From assembly GCA_963732385.1 (NCBI GenBank), contig CAVSZB010000005.1, positions 236,790 to 300,789 on the forward strand: a DNA stretch of 64,000 nt, read 5' to 3'. The notes beneath the pieces were generated by a model. That model did not search any database. It worked only from the letters and a program-made list of their open reading frames with translations, and was not told the DNA's origin. The stretch is from an uncultured bacterium. GTDB taxonomy: Bacteria; Krumholzibacteriota; Krumholzibacteriia; LZORAL124-64-63. Positions 44,172-52,167 of the stretch are shown in pieces. Position 1 is the first letter of the stretch. The number at the start of each line of letters is the position of its first letter. The position numbers were made by a program, and so were the translations under genes.

Positions 44172-44275
44172 CGGACCTCTCCTTTCCCGGCTCCCGCAGG
44201 ATCCGGCGTGGTGCCAAGAGCTTCGCCCACCTCCGCGATCGTGACCCACGATGGCTGGATCGCTCAAGAGCAGGT

Positions 44276-44325
44276 TTGACCCGGTCGGACAATTGGTTAT
44301 ATTGCCAAGTAGCCAAGACAGTCAA
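44276..44325 (+). promoter_or_regulatory. Candidate arsR-operon promoter with overlapping operator-like repeats
   Basis: TTGACC (44276-81), a 16-nt spacer, then TATATT (44298-303). The imperfect palindrome AATTGGTTATATTGCCAAGT spans the -10 element. A tandem CAAGACAG-T-CAAGACAG lies just downstream. Confidence 0.4.
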
Positions 44326-44352
44326 GACAGCAGTCCTGGGGAGGACCTCGCC

Positions 44353-44673
44353 ATGGACCAGCAGACCCTGTCCCGCTACGAAGCGAGGGCGCATGTGATC
44401 AAGGCCCTCGCCCACCCGACCCGGCTCTTCATCGTCGATGAGCTTTCGCGCGGCGAGCGCTGCGTCTGCGAACTGCGCGATCTGGTAGGGGCGGACCTGA
44501 GCACGGTCTCGAAGCATCTCACCCTCCTCAAGGGGGCCGGCATCCTGACGGACAGCAAGCGCGGGGCGCAGGTCTTCTACAGTCTGCGGGTGCCGTGCGT
44601 GCTCAACTTCTTCGGCTGCGTGGAGGCCGTGCTCCAGGCGACCGCGGCGCAGGCTGTCGAAGTGACGAGGTAG
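44353..44673 (+). CDS. arsR: ArsR/SmtB-family metalloregulator
   Basis: LAHPTRLFIVDELSRGERCVCELRDLVGADLSTVSKHLTLLKGAGIL is a wHTH domain carrying the CVC As(III)-site motif. GGGGAGG RBS is present. Confidence 0.85.
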   Translation: MDQQTLSRYEARAHVIKALAHPTRLFIVDELSRGERCVCELRDLVGADLSTVSKHLTLLKGAGILTDSKRGAQVFYSLRVPCVLNFFGCVEAVLQATAAQAVEVTR

Positions 44674-44675
44674 CC

Positions 44676-45767
44676 ATGCCAGAGCCCCTGGAACCGATCC
44701 GGAAGTCCCCGGAGCCGCTCGCGGCCATCGCCAGGCCCCGGCGGCGGCAGGTCGTGTCGCGGCTGGCCCTCCTGTTCATCGGGGCGGCCATCTGGTGGCT
44801 GGTGTACGGCAGGCTCGATCCGTTCGCCAGGTGGTTCACATACGGTCTGCTCGGGATGGACGCGGGCAGCCGCCTCTCGCTGGCGATCGAGTTCTTCGTC
44901 TTTGAGGCGCCCAAGGTCCTGATGCTGTTGACGCTGGTCGTCTTCGGGGTGGGGATCGTGCGCTCGTTCTTCACGCCGGAGCGGACGCGGCGCATCCTCG
45001 CCGGCAGGCGGGAGACGCTGGGCAACGTGCTGGCCGCCATGCTCGGCGTGGTGACCCCTTTCTGCTCCTGCTCCGCGGTGCCGCTGTTCATCGGTTTCGT
45101 CACCACGGGGGTCCCGCTCGGGGTGACGTTCTCGTTCCTCATCGCCGCGCCGATGATCAACGAGGTCGCGCTGGTGTTGCTGTTCGGACTGTTCGGCTGG
45201 CAGGTCGCCGCGCTTTACGCGGTGACCGGCCTCGTCATCGCGATCATGGCCGGGTGGGTCATCGGTCGTCTGCGCCTCGAACGCTGGGTCGAGGCGTGGG
45301 TCTACGGGACGACGGCAGGCGTGGGGCAGGTCGGCGCCGAGACACCACTGACCTGGAGCGATCGGGTACGCTTCGGCCGTGACGCCGTGAAGGACATCGT
45401 CGGCAAAGTGTGGCCCTATGTGCTGGCCGGCATCGCCGTCGGAGCCGGCATCCACGGCTACGTCCCGCAGGATTTCATGGCTTCCTTCATGGGCAAGGGA
45501 GTCTGGTGGTCCGTCCCCCTCGCCGTATTGATCGGCATCCCGATGTATTCGAACGCGGCCGGCATCATCCCCATCGTGCAGGCCCTGCTCGAAAAGGGCG
45601 CGGCGCTCGGCACCGTGCTCGCGTTCATGATGGCGGTCATCGGGCTTTCGCTGCCCGAGATGGTCATCCTGCGCAAGGTCCTGAAGATTCCGCTCGTAGT
45701 GACTTTCGCGGGCGTGGTGGGCGGCGGGATCCTGATCGTGGGCTTCCTGTTCAACCTCGTCCTGTGA
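44676..45767 (+). CDS. COG0701-type permease, ArsP-like (organoarsenical efflux candidate)
   Basis: Multi-TM protein carrying the TPFCSCS motif (VVTPFCSCSAVPLFIGF). It starts 2 nt after the arsR stop. Confidence 0.7.
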   Translation: MPEPLEPIRKSPEPLAAIARPRRRQVVSRLALLFIGAAIWWLVYGRLDPFARWFTYGLLGMDAGSRLSLAIEFFVFEAPKVLMLLTLVVFGVGIVRSFFTPERTRRILAGRRETLGNVLAAMLGVVTPFCSCSAVPLFIGFVTTGVPLGVTFSFLIAAPMINEVALVLLFGLFGWQVAALYAVTGLVIAIMAGWVIGRLRLERWVEAWVYGTTAGVGQVGAETPLTWSDRVRFGRDAVKDIVGKVWPYVLAGIAVGAGIHGYVPQDFMASFMGKGVWWSVPLAVLIGIPMYSNAAGIIPIVQALLEKGAALGTVLAFMMAVIGLSLPEMVILRKVLKIPLVVTFAGVVGGGILIVGFLFNLVL

Positions 45768-45825
45768 CCGGATCCCGGTCGAGGAAGGCGCGGCGAGCGG
45801 CCGCGCATTGTCGGGGAGGTTTTCC

Positions 45826-46059
45826 GTGACCACTCTTCTGATCCTGGGCACCGGCTGCCCCAAGTGCAAGAAGCTGGCCGAGCACGCGGATACGGCCGCC
45901 CGGGAGCTGGGGCTGGATTTCAACCTGGTCAAGGTGACCGACATCCAGGCCATCCTGGGGTATGGCGTCATGATGACCCCCGCGTTGGTGGTCAACGACG
46001 TGGTCAAGTGTGCGGGCAAACTGCCAAGCGTGGAAGAGATCAAGAAAATGCTGGTCTGA
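45826..46059 (+). CDS. Small thioredoxin-fold protein (redox-active disulfide protein 2 type)
   Basis: VTTLLILGTGCPKCKKLAEHA...MTPALVVNDVVKCAGKLPSVEEIKKML with a CxxC motif. GGGGAGG sits 5 nt before GTG 45826. Confidence 0.75.
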   Translation: MTTLLILGTGCPKCKKLAEHADTAARELGLDFNLVKVTDIQAILGYGVMMTPALVVNDVVKCAGKLPSVEEIKKMLV

Positions 46060-46145
46060 AGGACAGGAACCCCCGCCGGGAGTGGCGCGCGCGTAGTGAC
46101 GGCGGGCAGTCAACTGATCAACGATTTCGACAAGGAGTCGCAGAC

Positions 46146-46664
46146 ATGAAGAAGCGGTCAGGCTTCACGATGCTCGGTCTGGTGGCCCTCTACGCAGGAC
46201 TTCTGGCTCTTTTGGCGGCCGCCCCCGCGGACATAAAGACGAACGCGCCCACGCCGGTGACCCCGGGCATGTCGGCGACCAGGCCGGCCGACGGCGAGAT
46301 TTCGGCGCCCGACCGCGTGGTGGTCTACTACTTCCACACCACGCAGCGCTGCCCCACCTGCCGGCGGATCGAGGCGTGGTCCGACCTGGCGCTGCGCACG
46401 GCGTTCGCGGCGGAGCTGGCCGACAGCGCGCTGGTGTTCCTGCCGGTGAACACCGACGAGAAGGGCAACGAGCACTTCGTGAAGGACTACGAGCTCTACA
46501 CCAAGTCGCTGATCGTGATCGACCTGAAGGACGGCGTCCGCCGGGACTGGGAGAATCTCCAGAAGGTCTGGGAGTACTCGGGCAGCCAGGAGAAGTTTTT
46601 CGCGTACGTCCAGGACGAGGTGCGCGGCCACCTGACCGGCAAGCGGGTCAGCGAGCGTGGCTAG
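46146..46664 (+). CDS. Membrane-anchored thioredoxin-like CxxC protein, ArsF-like (tentative)
   Basis: N-terminal TM segment MKKRSGFTMLGLVALYAGLLALLAAA, then VVVYYFHTTQRCPTCRRIE. In my recollection this family co-occurs with ArsG-like CcdA-fold transporters in ars islands. Confidence 0.5.
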   Translation: MKKRSGFTMLGLVALYAGLLALLAAAPADIKTNAPTPVTPGMSATRPADGEISAPDRVVVYYFHTTQRCPTCRRIEAWSDLALRTAFAAELADSALVFLPVNTDEKGNEHFVKDYELYTKSLIVIDLKDGVRRDWENLQKVWEYSGSQEKFFAYVQDEVRGHLTGKRVSERG

Positions 46665-47349
46665 CGAATTCTGGGGCGTGCCTGCCGCGCTCTGGCTCGG
46701 CATCCTGACCTCGATCAGTCCGTGCCCGCTGGCGGCGAACATCGCGGCGGTGAGCTTCATCGGGCGGCGGCTGGACAGCCCGCCGCGCGTTTTGCTGGCC
46801 GGCGCGCTCTACACGCTCGGCCGGGTCGTCGCCTACGCCGCGCTCGGCATGCTGATCGTGGCGAGCGCCCTGTCAATCCCGGCGGTGGCGCGCGCGTTGC
46901 AGAGCAGCATGAACAAGGCGCTCGGGCCGCTCCTGATCGTGACCGGCGTGCTGCTGCTCGAATGGATCCGCCCCGTGTTCGGCGGCGGCGCCGGCGTTTC
47001 AGACGCCATCCGGAAGCGGGCCGAGCGCGGCGGGCTATGGGGCGCGGGGCTGCTCGGCTTCGTCTGCGCGCTGACCTTCTGCCCCGTGTCGGCCGCGCTC
47101 TTCTTCGGCAGCCTCATCCCGCTCGCGGTGCGGCACGGATCCAGCTTCGGCCTGCCCGCCGCCTACGGCGTCGGCACCGGGCTGCCGGTCATCGGCTTCG
47201 CCATCCTGATCGCGCTGGGGGCCCGCTGGGTCGGCCGCGCCTTCGACCGGCTGACCGCCCTGGAGCGCTGGGCGCGGCGCGCCACCGGCGTGGTGTTCAT
47301 CGGGGTCGGCGTCTATCTTACGCTGGTGCACGTGTTCGGAGTGCTGTAG
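46657..47349 (+). CDS. CcdA/DsbD-fold membrane protein, ArsG-like transporter (tentative)
   Basis: Six-TM protein with paired conserved Cys-Pro motifs (SISPCPLAAN and LTFCPVSAALF). The GTG start overlaps the upstream stop by 8 nt. Confidence 0.55.
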   Translation: MASEFWGVPAALWLGILTSISPCPLAANIAAVSFIGRRLDSPPRVLLAGALYTLGRVVAYAALGMLIVASALSIPAVARALQSSMNKALGPLLIVTGVLLLEWIRPVFGGGAGVSDAIRKRAERGGLWGAGLLGFVCALTFCPVSAALFFGSLIPLAVRHGSSFGLPAAYGVGTGLPVIGFAILIALGARWVGRAFDRLTALERWARRATGVVFIGVGVYLTLVHVFGVL

Positions 47350-47367
47350 CGGACGCGGAGGGCCCGG

Positions 47368-47823
47368 TTGCTGGACATCTACATCGACGCCGACGCCTGC
47401 CCCGTGAAGGACGAGGTCTACCGGGTGGCCGTCCGTTACGGGCTGAAGGTAATCCTGGTGGCGAATTCCCGGATGCGGACCCCGAACGCGGCCTGGCTCG
47501 AGTTCGTGCTGGTCGACAGCCGGGAGCCGGACGCGGTGGACGACTGGATCGCCGAGCACATCGGCGCGGACGACATCCTCATTTCCGGCGACATCCCGCT
47601 CGCTTCGCGCTGCCTGGAGAAGGGGGCCCGCGCGATCGGCCTTACCGGCCGCCCCTTCGACCGGGACAACATCGGCGACTCGCTCGCGACCCGACAACTC
47701 CTCTCCCAGCTGCGCGATCAGGGGATCATGATGGGCGGCCCCGCCCCGTTCGCGAAACGCGACCGCTCCCGCTTCCTCCAGGCCCTCGACGAAGCGGTCC
47801 AGGCCATCCGCCGGGGGAAGTAG
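47368..47823 (+). CDS. YaiI/YqxD (UPF0178, DUF188) family protein
   Basis: LDIYIDADACPVKDEVYRVA...DDWIAEH...DILISGDIPLASRCLEKGA. The start is TTG. Confidence 0.7.
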   Translation: MLDIYIDADACPVKDEVYRVAVRYGLKVILVANSRMRTPNAAWLEFVLVDSREPDAVDDWIAEHIGADDILISGDIPLASRCLEKGARAIGLTGRPFDRDNIGDSLATRQLLSQLRDQGIMMGGPAPFAKRDRSRFLQALDEAVQAIRRGK

Positions 47824-47853
47824 CCCGGGCGCGCCGAGCGGCCCGACCGCCCG

Positions 47854-48750
47854 TCAGTCGCGCTTCAGCGACCGGTACACCATCTCCGTGAACGCCTCCG
47901 GCGGGAACATGCGTTTCCCCCACACCTCGTCGAGCCGGGCCGTGGGCTTCTCCGCGATGATCGTGGCGAGGTCCTTGCCCGCCGCGATCTCGCGGGCGAC
48001 GATGTCGCGAAACTCCTGCAGCATGGCGCGGTGCGCGGCGAGGTCGGCCTTCGTGCCGACGGGGCCGTGGCCCGGCACGATTTGCGTCGAATCGCCGGCG
48101 GCGGCGAGGATGACATCGATCGCGGCGATCAGGCCGTCGATGTCGCCGCCACTCGAGACGTCCACGAACGGATAGCCGCCGTGGAACCAGAGGTCGCCGG
48201 TGTGGATGACGTCGGCGCGGCGGAAACGCAGGACCGCGTCGCCGTCGGTATGCGTGCGACGCGGGTGCCGGATCTCGACCGTTTCGCCGTTGAGATGCAG
48301 CGTCAGCGAGTCCGGGAACGTGAGCCGGGGTAACGCGCCGGCCGGCGCCGGCGCGATTGTTTCGTCGATGACCGCGATGGTCTGCCCCTTTTCCATCCGC
48401 GCGCGCAGATTCGGGTGCGCGAGGATCAGGGCGCCGTCTCGCGCGAGCGCTGCGTTGCCGCCCGTGTGGTCGAAATGCCAGTGGGTGTTCACGACGAATT
48501 TTACCGGCCCGGCGCCGAGCGCGGCGACCGCCACCTTCAACTTGCCCGCCATCTGCTCGTAATCGGCGTCCACGAGCAGGACGCCGTCCGGCCCGTGGCA
48601 CGCCACCACGTTGCCGCCCGGGCCGCGCAGCCAGGTCAGCCCCTCGGCCAGCGGCCGCGCGGAAAATTCGTACTTCTCCCACTCCTGGGCCACGGCCGGC
48701 GCGGCCAGCAAGGCCAGTCCGAACATGACGATCGCGAACGAGCGTCGCAT
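47854..48750 (-). CDS. Secreted metallo-beta-lactamase-fold hydrolase
   Basis: Signal peptide MRRSFAIVMFGLALLAAPAVAQ and metal motif VNTHWHFDHTGGN, followed later by HTDGD and VPGHGP. Confidence 0.8.
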   Translation of the reverse strand: MRRSFAIVMFGLALLAAPAVAQEWEKYEFSARPLAEGLTWLRGPGGNVVACHGPDGVLLVDADYEQMAGKLKVAVAALGAGPVKFVVNTHWHFDHTGGNAALARDGALILAHPNLRARMEKGQTIAVIDETIAPAPAGALPRLTFPDSLTLHLNGETVEIRHPRRTHTDGDAVLRFRRADVIHTGDLWFHGGYPFVDVSSGGDIDGLIAAIDVILAAAGDSTQIVPGHGPVGTKADLAAHRAMLQEFRDIVAREIAAGKDLATIIAEKPTARLDEVWGKRMFPPEAFTEMVYRSLKRD

Positions 48751-48849
48751 CGGAAACACCCCCCTGTTTTGTCGTCCCAATGAACCTCGCACGGACGCCC
48801 CGACCGCGATGCGATCGGGGCGTCCGTCGAACCGCACGACCCGACCAAC

Positions 48850-49746
48850 TCAGCCGGTCATGATGATGACCCGCTTGATGGCTCGGAAAGCCCGCGGATC
48901 GAGGATGTTCAGTTCCACCTTCCCGTCGACCTTCTGCAACTCGTAGCTTGCCGGAGGCTGGGCGCTCAGGACCCGGGCCTTCTCGGCCGGGATGACGATC
49001 AGGGTCTCCAGATCGGTGTCCAGGGACAGGAATCTGGTCTCGTCGATCAGGCCGGTCGGCTTGAGGGTCTTGCCCAGACCCAGGAAGCCGCCCGTGGCAG
49101 CCACGACACCGTCGGTGGTCAGCTCTTTCTTCGACCCGATCGTGTAGTAGACCGTGGCCAGTTCGCGGCGCTTGGTTTCGATCGCCTGGTTCTGAGCCTC
49201 GATCGTCGCCACGTGGGCCTGGATCGTCTCCTGGCCCTGCTGGACCTCGGCCGTCAGCCCGGTGACCTGTGTCTGGAGCTCACCCACCCGCTGCGTGAGC
49301 TGGGCGATGATCGCCTCCTTCTCGGCCACCGTCGTCCGGAGGGTCCGGATCATCTTCTCGAGGCCGGCCACCTGGATGCCGCTCTTCCGGAGCTGAGCCT
49401 CGAGCTCCACGATCCGGTCCTTGGCCCGCTGCACGCCCGCCTTGATCACGGCGATGCGCGCCACTGCTTCGTCGCCGCGATCCCGCGACAGGCTCTTTTC
49501 GGCCTCGAGCTGGGTGGCGAGCGCCTGTGCGCCGTCTTCGCCGAGCATGATGGCGTTGAGGCTGTCCTGGATGGCGGCAATCTCGTTGACGGCCTCTCCA
49601 TAACGGTCGCGCGCCGCCTGCTCGTCTGCCTGCAGCGTGGCGTAGTCATTCGATTTCTGCTGGAGTTTCTGATAGAGCACTCCGGCAAGGCCCAGAAGCA
49701 GGAGAACGGCGACGGCCAGGGACACGAACAGCACCGGTTTGCGCAT
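48850..49746 (-). CDS. Membrane-anchored coiled-coil protein with a conserved-looking C-terminal globular domain
   Basis: An N-terminal TM segment (VLFVSLAVAVLLLLGLAGVL) is followed by ~170 aa of heptad-rich Q/E/A sequence. The C-terminal domain reads YYTIGSKKELTTDGVVAATGGFLGLGKTLKP... Confidence 0.55.
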   Translation of the reverse strand: MRKPVLFVSLAVAVLLLLGLAGVLYQKLQQKSNDYATLQADEQAARDRYGEAVNEIAAIQDSLNAIMLGEDGAQALATQLEAEKSLSRDRGDEAVARIAVIKAGVQRAKDRIVELEAQLRKSGIQVAGLEKMIRTLRTTVAEKEAIIAQLTQRVGELQTQVTGLTAEVQQGQETIQAHVATIEAQNQAIETKRRELATVYYTIGSKKELTTDGVVAATGGFLGLGKTLKPTGLIDETRFLSLDTDLETLIVIPAEKARVLSAQPPASYELQKVDGKVELNILDPRAFRAIKRVIIMTG

Positions 49747-49826
49747 GGCGGCATCTCCTTCGTTGCGATCCAGCAGTCAATCAAGCGGATGCGCGGCGCC
49801 CCTGCCGGCGCCGGACCGCGGTCGAA

Positions 49827-51938
49827 CTACATCAGTCCCCGGGCCCGCAGCAGCGGCTCCACCGCCGGCTCCCGTCCGCGGAAACTCACGAACATCTCCA
49901 TCGGGTCAGCCACACCGTCCCGCTCCAGGATGTTCTTGCGGAAAGAAGCGGCCGTCGCCTGGTCGAAGATGCCGTTGGCGCTGAAGACATCGAAGGCGTC
50001 GTTGTCGAGCACCGCCGCCCAGATGTAGCTGTAGTAGCCCGCGTCGTAGCTGCCCGTGATGTGCCCGAAGTAGGTGCTGCGGTACCGCGAAACGATTTCG
50101 GGGATGAGGCCGTAGCGGGCGAACAGCTTCTGCTCGAATGCCGGCACATCGACCTTCTCGCCGGCGGGCAGGCTGTGGTAGGCCAGATCCAGCAGGGAGG
50201 CCGCGAGGTACTCCGTGGTGGCGAATCCCTGGTTGAACAGGGTGGCGTTCCTGATGCGGTCGATCAGATTCTGCGGGATCGCCTCGCCCGTCCGGTAGTG
50301 CCTGGCGTACAGCTTCAGGACCTCGGGGTGGAAGGCCCAGTGCTCCATGATCTGGCTTGGCAGCTCCACGAAATCCATGGCCACATAGGAGGTGGCATAG
50401 GGAACCCTGGAGAGCAGGCTCTCCAGGGCGTGGCCGAATTCGTGGAACAGGGTCTCGGTGTCGTCCATGCTCAGCAGGGCCGGTGTGTCCTCCGTGGGCC
50501 GCGTAAGATTGCAGACCACCGAGGTGACCGGCGTGATTTCCCTGCCGTCGCGGAAGTGGTGCCCGCGGTATTCGAGACACCACGCGCCCCCCTCCTTGCT
50601 TTCGCGCGGGAAGAAATCGAGGTACAGGACGCCCAGATGCGCGCCGTCGGCCTCCTCCACTGCGAAGGCCTGGGCATCGGGATGCGGTCGGGGCAGGTCG
50701 GGCAGCGGCGTAAAGGTCAGGCCGTACATCCGGTTCGCCACGGTGAACAGACCCTCGCGCACCTGCTCAACCTGGAAGTAGGGCCGGATCTCGTTCTCGT
50801 CGAGGTCGTACTTCGCCTTGTGGAGCTTCTCCGCGTAGTACATCCAGTCCCAGGAGGCCAGATTGAACCCTCCCCCTTCCTGGTCGATGATTGCCTGCAG
50901 TTCGGAGGCTTCTGTTTTGGCGACCTTGAGGGACTTCTCCCACAGCGAGTTCAGCAGCGCGAAGGCTCGCTCGGGCGTCCGCGCCATCTTGGTTTCGAGC
51001 CGGTAGGCGGCATAGTTCGGGAAACCGAGCAGCTGTCCCTTGTCCGCGCGCAATTCCACCATGCGCGCCAGGACCGCGTTGTTGTCCTGCGGGTTGCCGT
51101 TGTTGCCCCGATTGGTGTAGGCGGCGTAGAGCCGCCGGCGAAGCTCGCGGTTGCGGGCGTACTGGAGGAACGGGATCATGCTGGGCTTGTGGGTGGTGAA
51201 CAACCACTTGCCCGGCAGGCTGTCGGCCGCCGCGGCCTCGGCGGCCGTGGCGATCACGTCCGCGGGCAGGCCGGCGAGATCAGCCTCGCTGTCGATGACC
51301 AGCTTGAACGCATTGGTCTCCGCCAGCAGGTTGGTGTCGAACTGGACGGCCAGAGAGGCCAGTTCCCGGTTGGCGTTGCGCAACTCTTCCTGCTTCTCCG
51401 CCGGCAGCAGGGCTCCGTCGAGCACGAACGACCGGTACAGCCGCTCGAGCAGGTAGCTCCGGGCAGGATCGAGATGCCAACGCTCCTTCTGCTCGTAGAC
51501 CGCCTTGATCCGCGCGAACAGTTGCGGATTGAGCGTGATGGCGTCCTCGTGGCCCGAAAGCCGCGGCTTGATCTCCTCCGAGATCTTCTGGAGGGCCGGA
51601 TTGGTGTTGGCGCTCGTGAGGTTGTCGAAGATGCTGGTGACCGTGCTCAGCAGAACGTCACTGTCGAACAGCGCCTCGACGGTGTTCTCCCAGGTGGGCG
51701 CGGCCGGATTGTTCACGATGTTCTCGATGGCCGCGTTCTGCTGCTTCATGCCCTCCGTGAAGGCCGGCAGGAAGTGCTCGGGCCTGATGCGATCGAAAGG
51801 CGGCACGCCGAAAGGCGTGTCGAACGACGCGAGCAACGGATTGTCGGCGAGGCTCCCCTTATCCATGGCCGGAAACTCCCTGCAGCTCAGACAAAGCGAC
51901 AGCGCGCACAGGACAACGATGACGGACATCCTCTTCAT
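49827..51938 (-). CDS. dcp: Secreted or lipoprotein M3-family peptidyl-dipeptidase (Dcp-like), second copy
   Basis: Signal MKRMSVIVVLCALSLCLSC and zinc motif HEFGH (LFHEFGHALESLL). It is colinear with 2053..4215 (for example FDTPFGVPPFDRIRPEHFLPAF versus WTTPFGMPPFALIKVEHFLPAF). Confidence 0.85.
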   Translation of the reverse strand: MKRMSVIVVLCALSLCLSCREFPAMDKGSLADNPLLASFDTPFGVPPFDRIRPEHFLPAFTEGMKQQNAAIENIVNNPAAPTWENTVEALFDSDVLLSTVTSIFDNLTSANTNPALQKISEEIKPRLSGHEDAITLNPQLFARIKAVYEQKERWHLDPARSYLLERLYRSFVLDGALLPAEKQEELRNANRELASLAVQFDTNLLAETNAFKLVIDSEADLAGLPADVIATAAEAAAADSLPGKWLFTTHKPSMIPFLQYARNRELRRRLYAAYTNRGNNGNPQDNNAVLARMVELRADKGQLLGFPNYAAYRLETKMARTPERAFALLNSLWEKSLKVAKTEASELQAIIDQEGGGFNLASWDWMYYAEKLHKAKYDLDENEIRPYFQVEQVREGLFTVANRMYGLTFTPLPDLPRPHPDAQAFAVEEADGAHLGVLYLDFFPRESKEGGAWCLEYRGHHFRDGREITPVTSVVCNLTRPTEDTPALLSMDDTETLFHEFGHALESLLSRVPYATSYVAMDFVELPSQIMEHWAFHPEVLKLYARHYRTGEAIPQNLIDRIRNATLFNQGFATTEYLAASLLDLAYHSLPAGEKVDVPAFEQKLFARYGLIPEIVSRYRSTYFGHITGSYDAGYYSYIWAAVLDNDAFDVFSANGIFDQATAASFRKNILERDGVADPMEMFVSFRGREPAVEPLLRARGLM

Positions 51939-52091
51939 GGCTTCAACCCCTGCGGATTTCGGGTGCCGGGCCGCGAACGGGGCCGCCCGGGAGGCTGTTT
52001 GAAAACGTTCGCCCCCACGATACACTGTCGGGCCGGGTTGCACTACCCCGGGGTAAGCACCAGAACAGCCGCCGCGGCCATGGCCGTATTG

Positions 52092-52100
52092 TGTTATAAT
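52092..52100 (+). promoter_or_regulatory. Extended -10 promoter element (TGTTATAAT) upstream of the endonuclease gene
   Basis: TGnTATAAT is matched exactly at 52092-52100, in a locally AT-richer stretch 68 nt before ATG 52168. Confidence 0.3.
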
Positions 52101-52167
52101 GGAGAAGTTCCGGAGATGATCGACTTCGGCCACGACGAGGATTTTCACTTCGCCCAAGGAAATCTTT

